Below are positions 8,203 through 12,533 of a stretch of 12,533 nt of DNA, in pieces; position 1 is the first letter of the stretch; every line of letters starts with the position of its first letter. A model generated the notes under the pieces. That model saw only the letters and a program-made list of their open reading frames with translations. It made no database searches and had not been told where the DNA came from. Source of the stretch: Candidatus Rifleibacteriota bacterium (lineage in GTDB: Bacteria > Muiribacteriota > Ozemobacteria > Ozemobacterales > Ozemobacteraceae). Made by a program: the position numbers and the translations under genes. The stretch spans positions 1 to 12,533 of the forward strand of contig JBNJGH010000099.1 of assembly GCA_051747585.1 (NCBI GenBank), given 5' to 3'.

Positions 8203-11070
8203 CTATTCGTTGTCGCGTTTAAGAATTATAAAGGTTAAGTCGTCATCCAGGGGTTTGTCGCCATAATGATTCCAGAAAGTGTCAAGCAGCGACTTTCTTA
8301 TCAATTCTCCAGTTTTGTTATGATTCTGGGAAATTATGGTCTCAAGGCGGTCAAAGCCAAATATTTTTTCAGCGGAATTAGTTGCTTCAGCTATGCCGTC
8401 GGTATAGAGAAACAGCGTTTCTCCTTCGTTTAAAATGCCCTCTTTAGTGCTGTATTTACTTCTCTTTTTTGAAACTCCAAGTGGTAGCGACCCATGTTCG
8501 ATTTTACCGGTTTGCCCGTTCTGCCGGCAAATAATCGGGTAGGGGTGTCCGGCGTTGGCGAAAATAAACTTTCCCGTATCTTTTTCAATAATTACTGCGC
8601 AAAATGTCATTAACTTGCGCCGCTTGAGCAGATCGAAAACCATTTCGCTCAATTGCCTTAAAATTTCAGGCAGGCTGGTGGGATTTTTTGAAAATCTGAA
8701 TATCAATGCCTTAACCATGGCGGTTAAAATTGAAGAGCTTATTCCATGTCCGGTTACATCACCAAGAACCACTAGAAACCTGTTGTCGGGCAAAATAAAA
8801 GCATCGGCATAATCACCACCAACATCTGTTGCCATCTGATTATGAATAACCAGTTCATAACCCTCTATTAAGGGGGGATCTGTGGGAATAAGGCATTGTT
8901 GCACTGCTTTTGCCAGCAGCATTTCTTTTACTTCGAGCATCATCTGATTAAAGGTTTCGCCCAGATCGCCAAACTCGTCATTATTATCGATTTCGACCCT
9001 GAAGCCGGTGTCACGGCGGCGCAATGCCATAAGGCCGTTGCGAAGTTCGCCCGCCGGCTTTAAAAAAGCCCTGGTGAGCAGTAACCCGGTTAATACAGCA
9101 ATAGCAAAAATAATTACCATGCCGGTATAAATCTGATTGCGCAGCGTCGCAATTTTGCTTTTAATCTGTCTTTCAGGGTAAAGACTCGTAAGATAGACAT
9201 CTCTCAGCTTGGTTCCGGGGAAACAGGTCGCAAGATAAGATTGGTCTTTTATTTTCAATTTGCCGGTTGTTACTCTCTGATTCAGGGTACACAGACGATT
9301 GAGGTTTATTAGTTTTTTATGCACTTCTTCTCCCTGCGGAAGCCAGGTATTTTCATAGGGATGGAAGGAAATCAGTTTCAGTGCTGTATTTCCGAGATTA
9401 AATCGTCGTTTGAGGTACTTTTGCAGGTATTTGATGGCATTGAACTGAACTTTGGTGTTGCTGGCGAAATAGGCAACTCCATCAACCGGTTCGGGATAAT
9501 AATTCCAATACCAGTAAAGATAAGCGCCTTCAAACTCCATTGGAACCAGCTGGCCGGGAACTTCAAAAAAATGGGTGAAACCCAGAACCGGGTTTTCTAT
9601 GAGGTTTCTGATAATAAAGTCGGTTTGTCGAATTCTTCTGGCCGTTGGGGTTAAAGTTGATGGAGAAAATTTTTCAAGGGATATTTGCGCCATAACTCTA
9701 TTGAGTTTCTCTACTCTTCTATTCGCGTTTCTTCTGGCTGTGCAGAAAATTTGATCCAAATCCGGTCCGCGAATTTCGAGCCAGTTAAAAAAGCTTTCTT
9801 CTTTCAGGCCGACTCCGGTGGTTTTTCTGATTAATTTGTCGTTTTTGTGCCAGTTCGAGCCAAGTTTTTTTTGCCAGCTGTGATCTTTATAAAGTTTATT
9901 AAAAGTGGCAAGTATTTCCTCTTCTTTGATCGAAAAATCTGAATCTATTTTATACAGAACATCAAGCATTCCTTTACGAGCTTCATTTTCCAATACGGCT
10001 CTTCTATCCTGAAGGCCTTTGAAGCTGATAAAAAATAATCCAAGCAGGGGCAAATAAACAGCAAAGATAAAGACAATAACCAGTTTCAGCCTGATCGATA
10101 CCCAGATTTTCTTTTCGCTGAAGTTATATTTATAACTGGTGTGAATACCAAGCACTAAAATAATAAGCGCTAGAATCAGGGTAAACAGCTTGAGGTTTTG
10201 CAGAGAAGAAAAACCGGTGTTTTGTCCCGCTATTATAGCGAAGTCTGCTATATCTGTTCGTTTCCATACTTTGCCTTCTTGAAATGAAAAGCTGGATTTG
10301 CGTGAAGAAAGGGTGTCTAAAACTTTCGCGATTTGTTTGTTCTCTGTTTGTTGAGTCAACAATTTTCCGTTTTTATCTTTTATAAGGATTGCCAGACTTG
10401 TATCTTTGTCAGAAAAGTTTTTGATTGTGCTGTTCAGAATCTCATAAAGATCAGGAAGATTTTTTGTTATTAAAATTATGCCTCTGGTCTTTTTGTTGGT
10501 AAGAACTTTGCGCGAAAAATAGATCATGCCATTGCGATTGTTGCCGGAAAAATTAATAATCTTGTTTCGGTTCAGCTTAAGCATTCTCGGATGAAATTCC
10601 CGGCCAAAATACGCCTGAAGCTCCGGCTTTATAAGGCTGTGTTCGGTTTCGGTCTCTCGGCTGTTGCCGTAATCCCAGAGGAATTGAACAAATTTTGCAT
10701 TTTCGGGTGGATATAAATTGGTTTCAATAAGATTGCCAGAAGAATCGAAAGGATAGGCATCTATTTTTACTCCAGCCTTGTCCGAATAAGTTTTAACCAG
10801 CTTTTGAAGTTTTTCTACTTCATTTTCTTCATAACTTAGAAAATTGCGACTAATAGCAGTGAAGATGGGTTTTAAAAAAGATTCAGAATGAACACTTCCG
10901 GCAATTAGCTTTGATTTCTTGCTTAACTTTTCTGCTGTTTTTTTTACCTCAAGCTCTATGAGGTCATTTATCAGATGATTAAGGGTAAAAACGGTCAGAC
11001 ATACGGGTAGAATTATAAGCAAACAAACTACCAGAATAAATCGGTTTAAGTTGTCAGAAGTCTTGTTCAA
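8203..11070 (-). CDS. Second membrane-bound SpoIIE/RsbU-family PP2C phosphatase with HAMP and two extracytoplasmic domains (955 aa), paralog of 5186..8047
   Basis: Same four-TM layout. HAMP (PAGELRNGL...NDEFGDLGETFNQM). PP2C motifs DVGGDYAD, GDVTGHG, NAGH, YTDG, DDLT. TTG start with a weak SD (AAGG at 11078-11081), so the exact start is less certain. Confidence 0.88.
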   Translation of the reverse strand: MNKTSDNLNRFILVVCLLIILPVCLTVFTLNHLINDLIELEVKKTAEKLSKKSKLIAGSVHSESFLKPIFTAISRNFLSYEENEVEKLQKLVKTYSDKAGVKIDAYPFDSSGNLIETNLYPPENAKFVQFLWDYGNSRETETEHSLIKPELQAYFGREFHPRMLKLNRNKIINFSGNNRNGMIYFSRKVLTNKKTRGIILITKNLPDLYEILNSTIKNFSDKDTSLAILIKDKNGKLLTQQTENKQIAKVLDTLSSRKSSFSFQEGKVWKRTDIADFAIIAGQNTGFSSLQNLKLFTLILALIILVLGIHTSYKYNFSEKKIWVSIRLKLVIVFIFAVYLPLLGLFFISFKGLQDRRAVLENEARKGMLDVLYKIDSDFSIKEEEILATFNKLYKDHSWQKKLGSNWHKNDKLIRKTTGVGLKEESFFNWLEIRGPDLDQIFCTARRNANRRVEKLNRVMAQISLEKFSPSTLTPTARRIRQTDFIIRNLIENPVLGFTHFFEVPGQLVPMEFEGAYLYWYWNYYPEPVDGVAYFASNTKVQFNAIKYLQKYLKRRFNLGNTALKLISFHPYENTWLPQGEEVHKKLINLNRLCTLNQRVTTGKLKIKDQSYLATCFPGTKLRDVYLTSLYPERQIKSKIATLRNQIYTGMVIIFAIAVLTGLLLTRAFLKPAGELRNGLMALRRRDTGFRVEIDNNDEFGDLGETFNQMMLEVKEMLLAKAVQQCLIPTDPPLIEGYELVIHNQMATDVGGDYADAFILPDNRFLVVLGDVTGHGISSSILTAMVKALIFRFSKNPTSLPEILRQLSEMVFDLLKRRKLMTFCAVIIEKDTGKFIFANAGHPYPIICRQNGQTGKIEHGSLPLGVSKKRSKYSTKEGILNEGETLFLYTDGIAEATNSAEKIFGFDRLETIISQNHNKTGELIRKSLLDTFWNHYGDKPLDDDLTFIILKRDNE

Positions 11071-11083
11071 ATTTCAACCTTAT

Positions 11084-11173
11084 AAAAAAACTGCCTCAAT
11101 TTAACAAATTTTCTTTAATCAGGCTCTTTTTATTCAGAGGCAGAATCGAGAAAACTTTATTGAGACAGTTTTT
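11084..11173. repeat. 15-bp inverted repeat pair downstream of recA, possible long-loop terminator
   Basis: AAAAACTGCCTCAAT (11086-11100) against ATTGAGACAGTTTTT (11159-11173): 14/15 complementary, and the mismatch is a U-G pair in - strand RNA. A partial third copy GAGGCAG lies at 11137-11143. A U7 run occupies 11084-11090 on the - strand. Confidence 0.6.
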
Positions 11174-11203
11174 ATCAATCACAGCAGTATATACTAATCT
11201 GCT

Positions 11204-12268
11204 CTATTTTTTTGCAGTTTTCTTTTTTTCTTCGGGCGCCTGGGTCGAGGCTTCTTCAGTTTCTTCTATCATACCAAGTGCTTTTTTGACCTTGATAATA
11301 ATTTCTGAAAAAATATCAGGGTTGTCACGCAAGAATTGTTTCGAATTTTCGCGACCCTGACCCATGCGGATATCGCCATAGGAATACCAGGCACCGGCTT
11401 TGTTAATAATTTTAGCGGTTTCTGCCAGTTCCAGAACTTCGCCTTCAGTAGAAATACCAGTTCCGAACATCAAATCAAATCTGGCTTTCTTAAAGGGTGG
11501 AGCAACTTTGTTCTTAACAACTTTTACTTCAGTAACATAACCGGCAGGTGAATCCCCGTCTTTAATCTGTTCTCTTCTTCTGATATCAAGTCTTACCGAA
11601 GAGAAAAACTTTAAGGCACGTCCACCCGGAGTGGTTTCGGGATTTCCAAACATAACTCCGATTTTTTCGCGAATCTGGTTAATAAAAATACAGGTAGCTT
11701 TTGATTTGCTTACAACCGGTGTGAGCTTGCGCATTGCCTGTGACATAAGTCTTGCCTGCAAACCTACAGAGGCATCGCCCATATCTCCGTCAATTTCAGA
11801 TTTGCTGGTTAGAGCTGCAACTGAGTCAAGTACTATACAGTCGATAGCGTTACTGCGTACCAGCATTTCCGTAATTTCAAGGGCTTCTTCGCCGCTGTTG
11901 GGCTGGGCGATAAGAAGGTTCTCGGTGTCAACGCCCAGTTTTTTTGCGTATGTAGGATCCAACGCGTGCTCTACATCAACAAATGCAGCTTGTCCTCCCA
12001 TTTTTTGAGCCTGAGCGACAATGTGAAGTGTCAGAGTAGTTTTTCCCGATGATTCCGGGCCAAAAATCTCTACAACTCTACCTCTTGGAACTCCGCCTAC
12101 GCCAAGTGCGTAATCAAGTGAAAGTGATCCCGTCGGGATAGAAGCGACATCAAGGTGTCGCGAGGTGCCAAGGCGCATTACCGAGCCTTTGCCGAATTGT
12201 TTTTCTATGCTTGCAATCGCATTTTCCAGTGCTTTTTGCTTGTCATTCATCTGTTTCGTGTCAGCCAC
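11204..12268 (-). CDS. recA: Recombinase RecA
   Basis: [14 protein letters not shown], Walker [78 protein letters not shown] start with SD AGGAGG at 12276-12281. No intein. Confidence 0.99.
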   Translation of the reverse strand: MADTKQMNDKQKALENAIASIEKQFGKGSVMRLGTSRHLDVASIPTGSLSLDYALGVGGVPRGRVVEIFGPESSGKTTLTLHIVAQAQKMGGQAAFVDVEHALDPTYAKKLGVDTENLLIAQPNSGEEALEITEMLVRSNAIDCIVLDSVAALTSKSEIDGDMGDASVGLQARLMSQAMRKLTPVVSKSKATCIFINQIREKIGVMFGNPETTPGGRALKFFSSVRLDIRRREQIKDGDSPAGYVTEVKVVKNKVAPPFKKARFDLMFGTGISTEGEVLELAETAKIINKAGAWYSYGDIRMGQGRENSKQFLRDNPDIFSEIIIKVKKALGMIEETEEASTQAPEEKKKTAKK

Positions 12269-12296
12269 CGGGTTGCCTCCTGATTTAATTTTAACC

Positions 12297-12325
12297 AGAA
12301 TATCATATTAAAATTTTAATAGCAA
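12297..12325 (-). promoter_or_regulatory. Sigma70-type promoter for recA
   Basis: On the - strand: TTGCTA (12325-12320), 17-nt spacer, TATTCT (12302-12297), with an extended -10 TGn (TGaTATTCT). Confidence 0.6.
12306..12321. promoter_or_regulatory. Perfect 16-bp palindrome in the recA promoter (candidate operator)
   Basis: TATTAAAATTTTAATA equals its own reverse complement and covers most of the spacer plus the edge of the -35. An operator role is inference. Confidence 0.4.
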
Positions 12326-12394
12326 AACCCAACCTCTAAATCAGCAATTCTCGGTTAGCTACTATCAGTTGGTTTCAGAAAAGAAAATTTCTCA

Positions 12395-12417
12395 CACCAA
12401 GTCTCAAAGCCACAAAG
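12395..12417 (+). repeat. Three degenerate units with 8-nt period
   Basis: CACCAAG-t-CTCAAAG-c-CACAAAG starting at 12395, 12403 and 12411. Confidence 0.6.
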
Positions 12418-12425
12418 AAAATAAC

Positions 12426-12450
12426 CACAGAGCACACAGAGAACACAGAG
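12426..12450 (+). repeat. Three exact CACAGAG cores with 9-nt period
   Basis: CACAGAG-ca-CACAGAG-aa-CACAGAG starting at 12426, 12435 and 12444. Confidence 0.8.
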
Positions 12451-12460
12451 AATCTTTTTC

Positions 12461-12513
12461 AGCCAGGATTTGTCCTGTGGACAAATAGCCGGCGGTTTCA
12501 CCGCCCGGCTTTT
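12461..12513. repeat. Adjacent REP-like or terminator-like hairpins
   Basis: ATTTGTCC-tgt-GGACAAAT (12468-12486), with the overlapping alternative CAGGA-tttg-TCCTG (12464-12477). Directly followed by AGCCGGCGGT-ttc-ACCGCCCGGCT (12487-12510; 10-bp stem, one bulge) and a short T run. Confidence 0.6.
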
Positions 12514-12533
12514 CCTTCTTCAGCAAGCCTTCA

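Noticed and set aside
5186..11070. Naming the phosphatases spoIIE or rsbU, or inferring sporulation
   Set aside because: Only the catalytic domain family is shared; the architecture differs and no sigma or anti-sigma genes are adjacent.
11183..11203. AGTATATACT palindrome inside an AGCAG...CTGCT stem just after the recA stop
   Set aside because: It does not match CTGT-N8-ACAG, lies downstream of recA, and has no U tract; too short to call.
3986..12008. Other short ORFs nested in the SBP, phosphatase and recA genes
   Set aside because: They lie within or across well-supported long CDSs and show no family motifs.

Overview
Bacterial chromosomal window with housekeeping genes at both ends and a signalling block in the middle. 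Left, on the - strand: rimP-nusA-infB. infB is cut by the window edge and missing from the ORF track; no ylxR/ylxQ lies between nusA and infB. The operon has a good sigma70-type promoter and a terminator-like hairpin in the rimP leader. Divergent from it on the + strand: a family-5 (OppA/DppA-like) solute-binding lipoprotein with no permease or ATPase genes in the window. It overlaps by 4 nt a 953-aa four-TM protein with two large extracytoplasmic domains, a HAMP domain and an intact SpoIIE/RsbU-type PP2C phosphatase. A diverged full-length paralog (955 aa) faces it tail-to-tail and lies downstream of recA. The best candidate for a little-described system is this SBP plus tandem-sensor PP2C receptor module (inference). 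The intergenic DNA is rich in short structured elements: an inverted CGA-hexamer array, a 15-bp inverted repeat after recA, a 16-bp palindrome in the recA promoter, 8-mer and 9-mer triplets, and REP-like hairpins. No tRNA, rRNA, CRISPR array or transposase was seen.
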